Source of the DNA: Gammaproteobacteria bacterium | GTDB taxonomy: Bacteria > Pseudomonadota > Gammaproteobacteria > Steroidobacterales > Steroidobacteraceae | Assembly: GCA_040002315.1 (NCBI GenBank) | Contig: JBDUEQ010000146.1 | Location: forward strand, 6,009 to 70,008 | Length of the DNA stretch: 64,000 bases | Direction of reading: 5' to 3' | Shown here: in pieces, positions 45,167-54,693 of the stretch | Numbering within the stretch: the first letter of the stretch is position 1 | How the letters are laid out: every line of letters starts with the position of its first letter | The notes under the pieces: model-generated | The model's database searches: none | Told to the model about the DNA's origin: nothing | The model's input: only the letters and a program-made list of their open reading frames with translations | Translations under genes and position numbers: made by a program

Positions 45167-47052
45167 AAAGAATAATTCTTGCCGCTCTGTTATTGATGGG
45201 AGCGAGCTTCGCGGTAGGCGTGGCCGCGCCCGCGCACCATGAACTCACGCAAACGGACGCCGATGCCTGGCTCGATGGCTACATGCCGTATGCGCTGGCG
45301 CAAGCCAACATCGCCGGCGCGGTGGTGGTCATCGTCAAGGACGGTGAGGTGCTCACCCAACGCGGTTACGGCTATGCCGATGTTGCCGCCCGCCGTCGCG
45401 TCGATCCCGCTGTCACGATGTTTCGGCCGGGATCAATTTCGAAGCTGTTTACATGGACGGCGGTGATGCAGCTGGTGGAGCAGGGCAAGATCGATCTCGA
45501 CGTCGATATCAACCGCTACCTTGATTTCAATATTCCGCCGTTTCGGGGACAGCACATAACCATGCGCAATGTCATGACGCATCGATCGGGATTCGAAGAA
45601 GCGTTCAAAGGCGGAGTTACTTTCAGCGGTGCTGTACCGCCTTTGGGTGACGCGGTGAAGCGCCTGCTTCCGCCGCGGGTGTATATGCCGGGCACGACGC
45701 CGGCCTATTCCAATTACGCGGCAGCGACCGCAGGCTACATCGTGGAACGCGTCTCGGGCATGCCGTTCGACGACTATGTCGAGCGCAATATCTTTCAACC
45801 TCTCGGTATGACGCACACGACTTTCCGCCAGCCCCTGCCGCCGCTGCTTGCGCCATACATGGCACAGGGCTATCCGGACGCTTCGGTCGATGCCAAACCG
45901 TTTGAACTGATCTCGGTGCCACCCGCCGGATCCTTAAGCGCATCCGCGGCGGACATGGCCAAATTCATGATTGCGCATTTAAATCATGGCGCCGGCTTGA
46001 TGAAGCCGGAGACTTCGCTGCTGATGCAGACGTTCTACGAGGGTGCAGTGCCGGGCACGAACCGCATGGCACTCGGTTTCTACGAGCAGCGGATGAATGG
46101 CCTGAGTGCCATTGCCCATGGCGGCGATCTGAACTATTTTCATAGCGATCTGTGGCTGCTACCCGGTAAAAATGTCGGCCTATTCGTGTCAATGAACAGT
46201 GCCGGCACGGGCGGCGAAAACTTCGCCATACGGCTGGCGCTGTTCGAGCAGTTTGGGGACCGCTACTACCCGACGGCAAACGATGACCCGCCCAAGGAAC
46301 TGGCCTCCGCCAAGGAGCACGCCAAGCTGCTCGCCGGCAGCTATCTCAACAGCCGCGGCGAGTTTTCGAATTTCATCGATATCTTGAATTTGTTCGGCCA
46401 GGTGAAAATTGGCTTGGGCAAGGACGGCCGCCCGCAGATTCCGCCGATCTTCGGCGGCGCCGCGCGTCAGTGGATCGAGATTGCCCCATTCGTGTGGCAG
46501 GACGCCTACGGTCACCAGCGCATAGGCGCGAAGATGGAGGACGGCAAGGTCGCGCGCTGGAGCATGGACGTGGTTTCGCCATTCATGGTGTGGGACCGTA
46601 CGCCTTGGTATCGCGACGCTGCGTGGTTGATGCCTGTGCTGCTGCTGGCGTTCGTCGTGGTCGCGCTCACGGCCCTGTCTTGGCCGGCCGGCGCAATCAG
46701 CCGGCGCCGATACCATGCGACCCTTGCGCTGCAGGACGGCGACCGCAGCGCCTATCGTTGGGTTCGCGTCTTTTGCTGGCTGTTTCTCGCCACGACTGCC
46801 GGCTGGTCGGTGCTGTTCGTGTCGATTTCCGGCACGGAGGTGCTGGATTGGCTGATCCGGCCGTTGCAAGTCGCCGGCACGATCGTGAGCCTGGGTTTGG
46901 TCGGCAGCGCGCTTTGGAACTTGCAATTGGTCTTCAAGGGCCGTCGCGGCTGGTTTGCGCGAACTTGGAGTGTGCTGTTAAGTATTGCCGCCCTATGCAT
47001 TGTCGGCGGAATGCTCGACTTCCACCTGCTAACCTTCGGCAACCGTTATTGA
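45163..47052 (+). CDS. S12 / beta-lactamase-family serine hydrolase fused to a C-terminal four-helix membrane domain
   Basis: TTG start inside TTGA, overlapping the S9 stop. Signal peptide MKRIILAALLLMGASFAVGVAA. SxxK motif SISKLFT. The last ~150 aa contain four hydrophobic helices. Confidence 0.8.
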   Translation: MKRIILAALLLMGASFAVGVAAPAHHELTQTDADAWLDGYMPYALAQANIAGAVVVIVKDGEVLTQRGYGYADVAARRRVDPAVTMFRPGSISKLFTWTAVMQLVEQGKIDLDVDINRYLDFNIPPFRGQHITMRNVMTHRSGFEEAFKGGVTFSGAVPPLGDAVKRLLPPRVYMPGTTPAYSNYAAATAGYIVERVSGMPFDDYVERNIFQPLGMTHTTFRQPLPPLLAPYMAQGYPDASVDAKPFELISVPPAGSLSASAADMAKFMIAHLNHGAGLMKPETSLLMQTFYEGAVPGTNRMALGFYEQRMNGLSAIAHGGDLNYFHSDLWLLPGKNVGLFVSMNSAGTGGENFAIRLALFEQFGDRYYPTANDDPPKELASAKEHAKLLAGSYLNSRGEFSNFIDILNLFGQVKIGLGKDGRPQIPPIFGGAARQWIEIAPFVWQDAYGHQRIGAKMEDGKVARWSMDVVSPFMVWDRTPWYRDAAWLMPVLLLAFVVVALTALSWPAGAISRRRYHATLALQDGDRSAYRWVRVFCWLFLATTAGWSVLFVSISGTEVLDWLIRPLQVAGTIVSLGLVGSALWNLQLVFKGRRGWFARTWSVLLSIAALCIVGGMLDFHLLTFGNRY

Positions 47053-48200
47053 AGTTCGCAAGGACTGCATTGCCGACAACATCTTCCTCGTTTCAAAGAC
47101 TCGTGTTGCCCGGCTTTGCATTCAAGGCCGTCGTCATTGGCGGAGGTTATGCAACAGGTCGTGAGCTCGCGGCGTTCTTCCTGCCGAGCGGAGCGTGGGG
47201 CGGCCTGTACGGCATGCTGCTGTCCATGGCCATTTGGAGCGCGGTGTGTGTTGTCACATTTGTATTCGCCTTTCGAACCGGCAGCCGCGATTACCGCAGC
47301 TTTTTTCGCCATTTGCTAGGTCCACTATGGCCGGCCTTCGAGGTCGCCTATTTTCTGGCGGTAATGCTGATACTGGCCGTATTTGCGGCCTCCGCAGGCG
47401 CGATCGGCCATGCCATCTTTGGATGGCCGCAATTCTTGGGCGCTCTGTGTTTGGTGGTTTCGATTGCACTGGTCGCAACCTGGGGCAACGTGGCCGTCGA
47501 GCGTCTTTTTAAATACGTGTCGTTTTTTCTTTACGCCACCTATGCGTTGTTCGTCATCTTGTCGCTGACCCGCTTCGGCGACCGCACTTTGTCCGCATTC
47601 GCAGTACCCTCATCGGGCTTAGCGTGGATTACCGGAGGCGTGACCTACGCAGGTTACAACATCATCGGCGCCATCGTCATTTTGCCGGTGATCCGTCACA
47701 TGGTGAGCGCAAGAGATGCGGTCGTTGCCGGCACCTTGGCAGGTCCGTTGGCCATGATTCCCGCGATGCTGTTTTTCATTTGCATGATTGCCTACTATCC
47801 TGAGATCCAGGATCAGCCATTGCCTTCGGATTTCCTGCTGGGGAAATTAGGCCTGCCCGCGTTCCGGATGATATTCCAAACGATGATATTTGCAGCACTT
47901 CTCGAGAGCGGTACGGGATGCGTACATGCCATCAATGAGCGCGTCGCTCAAGCTTACCGAGGCAGTGCCAATCGCGTGCTGCCGATGCGCGCGCGATTGG
48001 GGATTACGCTGTCGGTTTTGACAGGCTCGGTGTTCGTCGCGGATCGCTTCGGCCTGGTGGCGCTCATTGCCGGGGGCTACCGCTGGCTGGCCTACGCGCT
48101 GCTGGCCATCTACGTCCTGCCGCTCATGACGCTCGGTTTGTGGCGCATCTTGTGCGGTGACCTTGCGCCGGCCCCCCCGGCTGCGCGTCCCAAGGCGTAA
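47049..48200 (+). CDS. YkvI-family polytopic membrane protein (putative transporter)
   Basis: VIGGGYATGRELAAFF matches the YkvI N-terminal motif (GAGFATGREIVEFF). About 11 TM helices. The best start is a TTG at 47049 in a second TTGA overlap, with alternatives TTG 47070 and GTG 47103. Confidence 0.7.
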   Translation: MKFARTALPTTSSSFQRLVLPGFAFKAVVIGGGYATGRELAAFFLPSGAWGGLYGMLLSMAIWSAVCVVTFVFAFRTGSRDYRSFFRHLLGPLWPAFEVAYFLAVMLILAVFAASAGAIGHAIFGWPQFLGALCLVVSIALVATWGNVAVERLFKYVSFFLYATYALFVILSLTRFGDRTLSAFAVPSSGLAWITGGVTYAGYNIIGAIVILPVIRHMVSARDAVVAGTLAGPLAMIPAMLFFICMIAYYPEIQDQPLPSDFLLGKLGLPAFRMIFQTMIFAALLESGTGCVHAINERVAQAYRGSANRVLPMRARLGITLSVLTGSVFVADRFGLVALIAGGYRWLAYALLAIYVLPLMTLGLWRILCGDLAPAPPAARPKA

Positions 48201-48286
48201 GTGCCCCACCAAAGTTTGCTGAAGCATTCGATTATCGTATACGATCTACGATTCGCGGAAATGCCGCGAGAAGCAGAGCCGGCACT

Positions 48287-49249
48287 ATGACATCACATCG
48301 GGCCACTAGGCCGCGCGCTCGACGCATCCGCGGGCTCGTTGCCTGCATCATCGTTGCTGCGGCGACGGTAGTTCGCGTGCCGGCACTCGCCGCTGCCGAA
48401 GCGCTGCATGTCACGCCGAATGCCAGCGAAATACTCGCATCGTCGGCGGCCTCGGATTGGCGGCCAATCGACCCCGAGAACACGCTATATCTGGAACTTC
48501 GCTCCGGACGCGTCGTCATTGAACTCGCGCCCCAATTTGCGCCGCTGCATGTCGCGAACCTCAAGACACTGGTTCGCGAGAAGTATTTCGATGGTCTGGC
48601 CATCGTTCGCGTTGCGGATGACTACCTGACTGAATGGGAGGATGCGACCGGTAAGCGCCCCACGCGCAGCGCTGCCAGCAGCTTGCCGTCCGAGTTTTCC
48701 GGCCGCATCGGCGCGGACCAGCCGTTTATGCGGCTTGCGGACGGCGATTTCTATGCGCCGGAGGCTGGTTTCTCCGAAGGGTATCCGGTGGCGCGCGACC
48801 CGAAGGCGGGCGAGCGGTGGTTGACTCACTGTTACGGCATGCTGGGGCTGGGCCGCGACACGGCCGCTACCAGCGGTTTCGGCGGCTCGCCGTTCGTGGT
48901 CCTTGGGGTGGCACGCAATCTCGATCGGAACGACACCCTGCTGGGCCACGTCGTCCAAGGCATTGAGCTTCTGTCGACGTTGCCGCGCGGCACAGGCCCG
49001 CTTGGCTTCTATTCGAAAGCTGAGCAGCGCATCCCGATTGTAGCCGTTCGGGTTGCCGCCGACGTTTCGGCGGCCGAGCGTTCCGAGGTGGAAGTGCTGC
49101 GAACCGATACGGCAACTTTTAGCCGCTACGTCGAGGCGCGACGAAATCCACCGGACGAATGGTATGTACAGCGTGCGGGACGGGTCGATGTATGCGCCGT
49201 ACGCGTTGCGTCACGGCCTCGAGTAGCTGCAGCGAGGGATTCAAAATGA
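48287..49249 (+). CDS. secreted cyclophilin-type peptidyl-prolyl cis-trans isomerase (long form)
   Basis: Arg-rich leader plus hydrophobic core. VVIELAPQFAPLHVANLKTLVREKYFDGLAIVRV matches the long bacterial cyclophilin-like PPIase family. Confidence 0.65.
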   Translation: MTSHRATRPRARRIRGLVACIIVAAATVVRVPALAAAEALHVTPNASEILASSAASDWRPIDPENTLYLELRSGRVVIELAPQFAPLHVANLKTLVREKYFDGLAIVRVADDYLTEWEDATGKRPTRSAASSLPSEFSGRIGADQPFMRLADGDFYAPEAGFSEGYPVARDPKAGERWLTHCYGMLGLGRDTAATSGFGGSPFVVLGVARNLDRNDTLLGHVVQGIELLSTLPRGTGPLGFYSKAEQRIPIVAVRVAADVSAAERSEVEVLRTDTATFSRYVEARRNPPDEWYVQRAGRVDVCAVRVASRPRVAAARDSK

Positions 49250-50628
49250 ACCGACGTGAGATGTTGTCGAATCTGGGCGCCGCCGGCGCCGTCATGGCAG
49301 GAGCGGCCGCCCTGCAATCGCAGGTCGCAAATGCGGCAGCGGGTTCCGATTCCAGCAAGCTGTTCCTACCTGCGGATCGCCTCGCACCAGCGACCGTGGA
49401 CCGTCTGCCGCTCAGCTGGAACAAGCGGAGAATGCGGCTGCTGCAGGCGCGGCTGGCCGCAGCCGGCTACGATGGAATCTTCCTCACGGATCAGTGGAAC
49501 ATCATCTATTTCACCGGCCTTTTCCACACGTCTACCGAGCGCATGATGCATGCCTTCATTCCGACTGCCGGCGATCATCCGATCTGGTTCTATCCGGCCC
49601 TCGACCGAGACTTGGTGAAGTCTTGGTGGTACGAAGACGGCGACATGTACTTCGACTGGCTCAATGTTGCCGGCTCCGCCCCGCAGGAAGGCAAGGTGAT
49701 CAGGGGTCCCACCCAGGACCTATGGCGCTGGGCGATCGAGGGCCTGAAGCGGCGTGGCTTCGCGGACAAGAAGCTGGCGGCCGACAAAGAGCTGGTCCCT
49801 TCCGCCCAAAAGACGGTTGTCGACGTGTTGCGCCGCCCGATGGGGTCGGCTGCCGACGACTGTCTGTATCTGCGGGAACGCAAGACGCCCGAGGAGCTGG
49901 CTCTGTGCCGCCGGGCATACGGATATTTCGATCGCATCCACGCCTTCGCGCGCGACCTGATCTTGGCGCGCGGTACGGATTTGACGGACTTTGAGGTCGG
50001 GGCTGCGGCGACGAAATTCGGCACCGAGTTGGTGATGAGCGATATCAAGCATGACGGCACTCCGCACACCGCGGTCGGCATCACGGTCGAGGTCAGTTGT
50101 CGCGCCGGCCGGACCACCGGATATCCGCACCCGAATCAATTTCTCTACAACAAAATCGAGCGCGGCCAAGCCTTGCAAGTCGAGGGCAGCGTCAAGATCG
50201 GCGGCTGCGGCGGCGAGCTGTATCGGCCCTATATGATCGCGCCGAGGACGTCGCACATGGAAAAGATCTGGACTGTGAATCGCGATTGCTGCTTGATGCA
50301 GAAAGATCTGTCGCGAAAAGGCACTGAGTGTGCCGAGGTCGCATTCCCGATCCACGAGTACCAGGTCAAGCAGGGAGTGCAGAAGTACGTCTATCACCGC
50401 CCCGCGCACGGCGAAGGCATGGAAGGCCATCAGCCCCCTTATCTCGCACTCGGCGACCATACCGTACTCGATACGGGAATGTGCTTCTCAGTCGAGCCGG
50501 GATTGTTCGATTCGGAGAGTGGAATCGGCTCGAATTTTTCCGATGTTTTCGTCGTGGAGCCCACCGGGCCGTCGCTGCAAATGTCGCGCCTGCCGTGGAG
50601 CCAGGATTGGATGTGGATCAAGATTTGA
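49246..50628 (+). CDS. Tat-exported M24-family Xaa-Pro peptidase (creatinase/prolidase fold)
   Basis: ATGA overlap with the PPIase stop. Leader MNRREMLSNLGAAGAVMAGAAALQSQVANA. Pita-bread ligand regions HRPAHGEGMEGH and FSVEPGLF. Confidence 0.8.
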   Translation: MNRREMLSNLGAAGAVMAGAAALQSQVANAAAGSDSSKLFLPADRLAPATVDRLPLSWNKRRMRLLQARLAAAGYDGIFLTDQWNIIYFTGLFHTSTERMMHAFIPTAGDHPIWFYPALDRDLVKSWWYEDGDMYFDWLNVAGSAPQEGKVIRGPTQDLWRWAIEGLKRRGFADKKLAADKELVPSAQKTVVDVLRRPMGSAADDCLYLRERKTPEELALCRRAYGYFDRIHAFARDLILARGTDLTDFEVGAAATKFGTELVMSDIKHDGTPHTAVGITVEVSCRAGRTTGYPHPNQFLYNKIERGQALQVEGSVKIGGCGGELYRPYMIAPRTSHMEKIWTVNRDCCLMQKDLSRKGTECAEVAFPIHEYQVKQGVQKYVYHRPAHGEGMEGHQPPYLALGDHTVLDTGMCFSVEPGLFDSESGIGSNFSDVFVVEPTGPSLQMSRLPWSQDWMWIKI

Positions 50629-50675
50629 ACAGCGCCCACTCACTGGCCAAATCCTGCAGGGTGTGGCGAATCGGA

Positions 50676-51203
50676 TCAAGTCACGCCGGTCGCATGCTTC
50701 TCTCGCTGCGGAAGCTGCCATTCCGGCCGGATAAAGTGGCAGGTGTAACCTCCCGGATAGTGCTCCAGGTAATCTTGGTGATCGGGCTCTGCCTCCCAGA
50801 AATCGCCGGCAGGAGCCAGCTCGGTCACCACCTTGCCGGGCCACAGCCCCGACGCCTCAACATCGGCGATAGTGTCCTCGGCAACCCGCTTCTGTTCTTC
50901 GCTGGTGTAGAAGATGGCCGAGCGATAGCTTAATCCTCGGTCATTACCCTGCCTGTTGAGCGTGGTGGGATCGTGGATCTGGAAAAAGAATTCGAGCAGT
51001 TTGCGGAAGGTGATCTTGCGCGGGTCAAATATGATTTCGATCGCTTCGGCGTGTGTGCCGTGATTGCGATAGGTGGCGTTTCGCACCTCGCCGCCCGAAT
51101 AGCCCACCCGAGTCGAAATGACGCCCGGGTAGCGGCGAAGCAGATCCTGTACGCCCCAAAAGCAGCCGCCTGCGAGAACCGCGCGTTCGGTTGATGCAGT
51201 CAT
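50676..51203 (-). CDS. msrA: peptide-methionine (S)-S-oxide reductase
   Basis: The ATG at 51203 gives [22 protein letters not shown], the MsrA active-site GCFWG motif. [12 protein letters not shown] and YHQDYL follow. Confidence 0.92.
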   Translation of the reverse strand: MTASTERAVLAGGCFWGVQDLLRRYPGVISTRVGYSGGEVRNATYRNHGTHAEAIEIIFDPRKITFRKLLEFFFQIHDPTTLNRQGNDRGLSYRSAIFYTSEEQKRVAEDTIADVEASGLWPGKVVTELAPAGDFWEAEPDHQDYLEHYPGGYTCHFIRPEWQLPQREKHATGVT

Positions 51204-51405
51204 CTCGTTACTCCTCGTTCTACATGGCTTGCCGATAGATTGAACACTTGCGCCGTGAATGTCCACGGCGGGTTCAATTGGGCCGGAGCAGGCGAAATCA
51301 AGCGCGGGCGGCCCTTCTTATGGCAGATCCTGCAGCGCACCGAAGGCATCGGGTGAGCTCGCCCTTTGCAGCAGTACCCCCCGGGCTTGTCGGCAAACAC
51401 ACCGC

Positions 51406-51570
51406 TTACCACCGTTTGCGACACCCCGCTCGCTGGGCTCGATGCATTCTGCAGCAGCCCTGTGACCGCGTGGGTTCCGCCGATGACGCGGTGATTACAA
51501 GATCGTTGAGTCCGTCGCCATTCACGTCCGCAATCGCAATCATATTCGCACCGGCGAGGTACAAACTGAC
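51406..51570 (-). pseudogene. FG-GAP/VCBS-repeat gene remnant
   Basis: The reverse-strand ORF contains one clean FG-GAP-type repeat (FANPVSLYLAGANMIAIADVNGDGLNDLVI) followed by nonsense. There is no credible start and no continuation in any frame. Confidence 0.3.
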
Positions 51571-51715
51571 GGGGTTCGCGAATGCGCCGGGTGAAGTCTG
51601 GACAAACAGGGACACATCAATAGCGAATTCGCGGCTGCCCCGCTCGAAATGGCGCAGTAATCTGCGTGAAGTTACAATGCTGGCGCATCGGTAAATCGCC
51701 GCCAAGGAGAGTCTT

Positions 51716-52333
51716 GTGAACTTTTTTGCATCCGCCGCCGCGACCGCGGCCATGTTGAGCCTCGCCGCGGGGTCGGGCATTGCCGAGGAGGCACCATCTC
51801 CGGGTATTGCGCAAATCGCGCTCGCCACAGTTCCCGCAAAGAGCGGCGGCGCACGCCTGGCGGTAGAGTCGCCCGCCATTCCAAGCGGCGGCGACATTCC
51901 CTTCGAAAACACCCAGTACCGCGGCAATATATTTCCAGGCCTGTCATGGACCAAGGGGCCGCAAGGCACCCGTTCCTACGTCATCATCATGCAAGATCCC
52001 GACGCCATCCACGTCGGCATGCCCATTCTGCACTGGACCCTGTTCAACATCCCGATGAACATCACCAAGCTCGAGAAGGCGATGCAGGCGCCGCCCGAAG
52101 GCGCGAGCTATGGACCGAATATTCGTGGGATGGGTCAGGCGTATTTGGGGCCGCATACGCCGCCGGGTCCTAAGCACCATTATCACTTGCAGTTGTTCGC
52201 ACTCGACTCGACGCTGGTATCGGATGCCGGCGCCAGCTATGAGTCACTCACTGCGGCGATGAAGGGTCATGTATTGGCTTCGGGTGAGCTGGTGGGCCTG
52301 GCTCAGGCCGACCCCAACGCGCCGCCGAAGTAG
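51716..52333 (+). CDS. YbhB/YbcL-family PEBP (Raf-kinase-inhibitor-like) periplasmic protein
   Basis: GTG start and a signal peptide. Motifs YVIIMQDPDA, HWTLFNIP and PPGPKHHYHLQLFALD. Confidence 0.85.
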   Translation: MNFFASAAATAAMLSLAAGSGIAEEAPSPGIAQIALATVPAKSGGARLAVESPAIPSGGDIPFENTQYRGNIFPGLSWTKGPQGTRSYVIIMQDPDAIHVGMPILHWTLFNIPMNITKLEKAMQAPPEGASYGPNIRGMGQAYLGPHTPPGPKHHYHLQLFALDSTLVSDAGASYESLTAAMKGHVLASGELVGLAQADPNAPPK

Positions 52334-52381
52334 GGTGCGCCGTCCCGGTCGGCACTCCGCCTCGGTAAGCATGACGCGCCG

Positions 52382-53305
52382 TCAGCCATCGATCAAAGTT
52401 ATCGCCATCCGCATGGGTGCGAAGCTACCGGGCGCCACTATGAATGCGCCAGGCTTGGCTCGAAAGTCTGCAGAAAATCCTTCCGGATCGGCGATGCCAT
52501 GCCAGGGCTCGATGCAAATGAAATTTGCGCCCGGTTTGGTCCAGATACCGAGGTAGGGCATTTCCGGATAACTGATGCGAATTCGAGGTCCGTCGGCGGC
52601 GCCATAGATGACGGACCGGCTGCGGACTTGATCGAAGATGACCACGTCATCTTGGAAGAGGTCATCGCGAAGCGCCAGGCGTCGATTTGAGAGGGGTGTT
52701 GGCCGAGGCTGCGGCGTCAGCAGCCCGTCGGCGTTGAGGCGCCGCATCGGCGCGGGCTCGTCGTACGTAAACTCGATGTAATGGAATGCGCGATCTCGAT
52801 CGTAGGGCATCGGCCAACGAAACCCCGGATGGTAGCCGAAGCTTGCAGGCATCGGTTCATCGCCCGCATTCCTGATCCAGGTCGTGAGCAATAGCGTCGG
52901 GCCCTCGATCGAAAAGTGGACATCCAATTCGAAGCGAAAGGGGTAGATTTCGAGACTGGCGGCATCTGCCCTTAACTGGAAAGTCGCGGCGGAGGGGCTC
53001 GAATCGATGATATTGAAACGTTTGTCGCGCGCGAAGCCATGCCTGGAGAGGTGATAGATCTTGGAATCTAGGCGGTAGGCGCCGCCGGCGAGGGCACCCA
53101 CGATGGGGAAAAGCAGAGGTGCCCGCCCGGCCCAGACGCGTGGATCGCCGTCCCACAGCAAATCACGCCCCTCGCGATCGCGCAACGTAGACAGTTGTGC
53201 GCCCTGCGGGTTGACCTCGGCGGAAAGCTCACCGGAACTCAAATACACCCATTGATCACGCTGGTCTGACACGATTGGAAACCTCCGGCCTATAATTGCC
53301 TGCAT
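52382..53305 (-). CDS. aldose 1-epimerase-family (galactose mutarotase-like) protein
   Basis: GAQLSTLRDREGRDLLWDGDP.VWAGRAPLLFPIVG...SRHGFAR and GYHPGFRWP motifs. The start is chosen at the third Met (53305), and the ORF extends to 53320. Confidence 0.8.
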   Translation of the reverse strand: MQAIIGRRFPIVSDQRDQWVYLSSGELSAEVNPQGAQLSTLRDREGRDLLWDGDPRVWAGRAPLLFPIVGALAGGAYRLDSKIYHLSRHGFARDKRFNIIDSSPSAATFQLRADAASLEIYPFRFELDVHFSIEGPTLLLTTWIRNAGDEPMPASFGYHPGFRWPMPYDRDRAFHYIEFTYDEPAPMRRLNADGLLTPQPRPTPLSNRRLALRDDLFQDDVVIFDQVRSRSVIYGAADGPRIRISYPEMPYLGIWTKPGANFICIEPWHGIADPEGFSADFRAKPGAFIVAPGSFAPMRMAITLIDG

Positions 53306-53312
53306 AAATACC

Positions 53313-54515
53313 ATGGACATTGAGCACTTCGATCTCCGAGAGCTGCCGCGGTCATTCTATGATGACCCGTATCCTACCTATGCGGCTCTGCGTTCCGCGT
53401 CGCCGGTGCACCGCCTTCCCGATGGATCGCTGTTTCTCACCCGTTACGCGGATCTCGAGCACGTCTATCGCGACCCCACGACGTTCAGTTCCGATAAGAA
53501 AATAGAGTTCCGACCGAAGTTCGGCGATTCGCCGTTGTACGAACATCACACCAGCAGTCTCGTATTCAATGACCCGCCGCTGCACACCCGGGTGCGCAAG
53601 ATCATCGCGGGTGCGCTGACTCCGCGGGCCATCGCCGCTATGGAGCCGGGTCTCCACACCGTGGTCGATCGGCTGTTGGATCGAATCGAATCAACGGGCA
53701 GCCTCGATTTGATCACCGACTTCGCTGCCGTCATCCCGGTTGAGATCATCGGCAATCTTCTGGGCGTACCGCATGACGAACGTGGGCCGCTGCGCGGCTG
53801 GTCGCTCGCCATTCTCGGCGCGCTCGAACCGGCACCGACCCCCGCGATGCTTCATTTGGGGAACCAGGCGGTTCAAGACTTTCTCGTGTATCTCAAAAGG
53901 CTGGTCGCTGATCGTCGCCGTCATCTCGGTGAATCCGCGAATGACGTGCTGACGCGCCTGTTGGGTCAAGAACACGACGCCGCGCAACTCACCGAAACGC
54001 AAATGCTGCAGAATTGCATCTTCATACTCAATGCGGGTCATGAAACCACCACCAATCTCATCGGCAACGGGCTGCAACTGCTGATCGACTGGCCAGATCA
54101 GCGACAGGCTCTGCTCGAGAATCCGCAACTCATCAAAACCGCCATCGAAGAGTTTCTGCGCTTCGAGAGTTCCAATCAGCTTGGCAATCGGCGTACCACC
54201 GTCGCCACTCATCTTGCAGGGCACGACGTGCCGGCGGGGACGCAATTGAACCTCTGCATCGGCGCGGCGAATCGAGACCCGCAGCAATTCGAGAACCCTG
54301 ACCGCCTGGAGCTTGCGCGCACACCGAATCGCCATCTGGCATTTGGATCCGGCGCGCATCTTTGCATCGGAGTGAATCTGGCGCGCCTGGAGGGCAGGGT
54401 GGCCATAGCGCGTTTTCTCAACCGCTTTCCCCGATATAGACCAGCCGGCGCGCCGGTTCGCGGCGGACGGGCGCGTTTTCGCGGTTTTCTGTCCGTCCCG
54501 ATAGGGGTGGGTTGA
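53313..54515 (+). CDS. cytochrome P450
   Basis: Haem-thiolate loop FGSGAHLCIG, the EFLRFES (ExxR) motif and an I-helix ILNAGHETT. Confidence 0.9.
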   Translation: MDIEHFDLRELPRSFYDDPYPTYAALRSASPVHRLPDGSLFLTRYADLEHVYRDPTTFSSDKKIEFRPKFGDSPLYEHHTSSLVFNDPPLHTRVRKIIAGALTPRAIAAMEPGLHTVVDRLLDRIESTGSLDLITDFAAVIPVEIIGNLLGVPHDERGPLRGWSLAILGALEPAPTPAMLHLGNQAVQDFLVYLKRLVADRRRHLGESANDVLTRLLGQEHDAAQLTETQMLQNCIFILNAGHETTTNLIGNGLQLLIDWPDQRQALLENPQLIKTAIEEFLRFESSNQLGNRRTTVATHLAGHDVPAGTQLNLCIGAANRDPQQFENPDRLELARTPNRHLAFGSGAHLCIGVNLARLEGRVAIARFLNRFPRYRPAGAPVRGGRARFRGFLSVPIGVG

Positions 54516-54693
54516 CGGCTAGTCCGGCGTCGGCCCCGCAATAAGTTAATGGCGGGCGGTGGGGCGATCGCAGGTCTTTGCAGAAGAATTCTCGCCGCCA
54601 TCTCCGCGCTGCAGTATTCTGATGCTCTTATCGGTGATTCGCCCGAGAGCGGCTAAATAGCTTCGACAAAAAATTAAATAGGGGTATTCCGTC

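Noticed and set aside
46470-47048. 193-codon N-terminal extension of the YkvI-like ORF
   Set aside because: The extension overlaps the S12 gene out of frame and is Arg-rich nonsense. The YkvI homology and first TM segment begin just after 47049.
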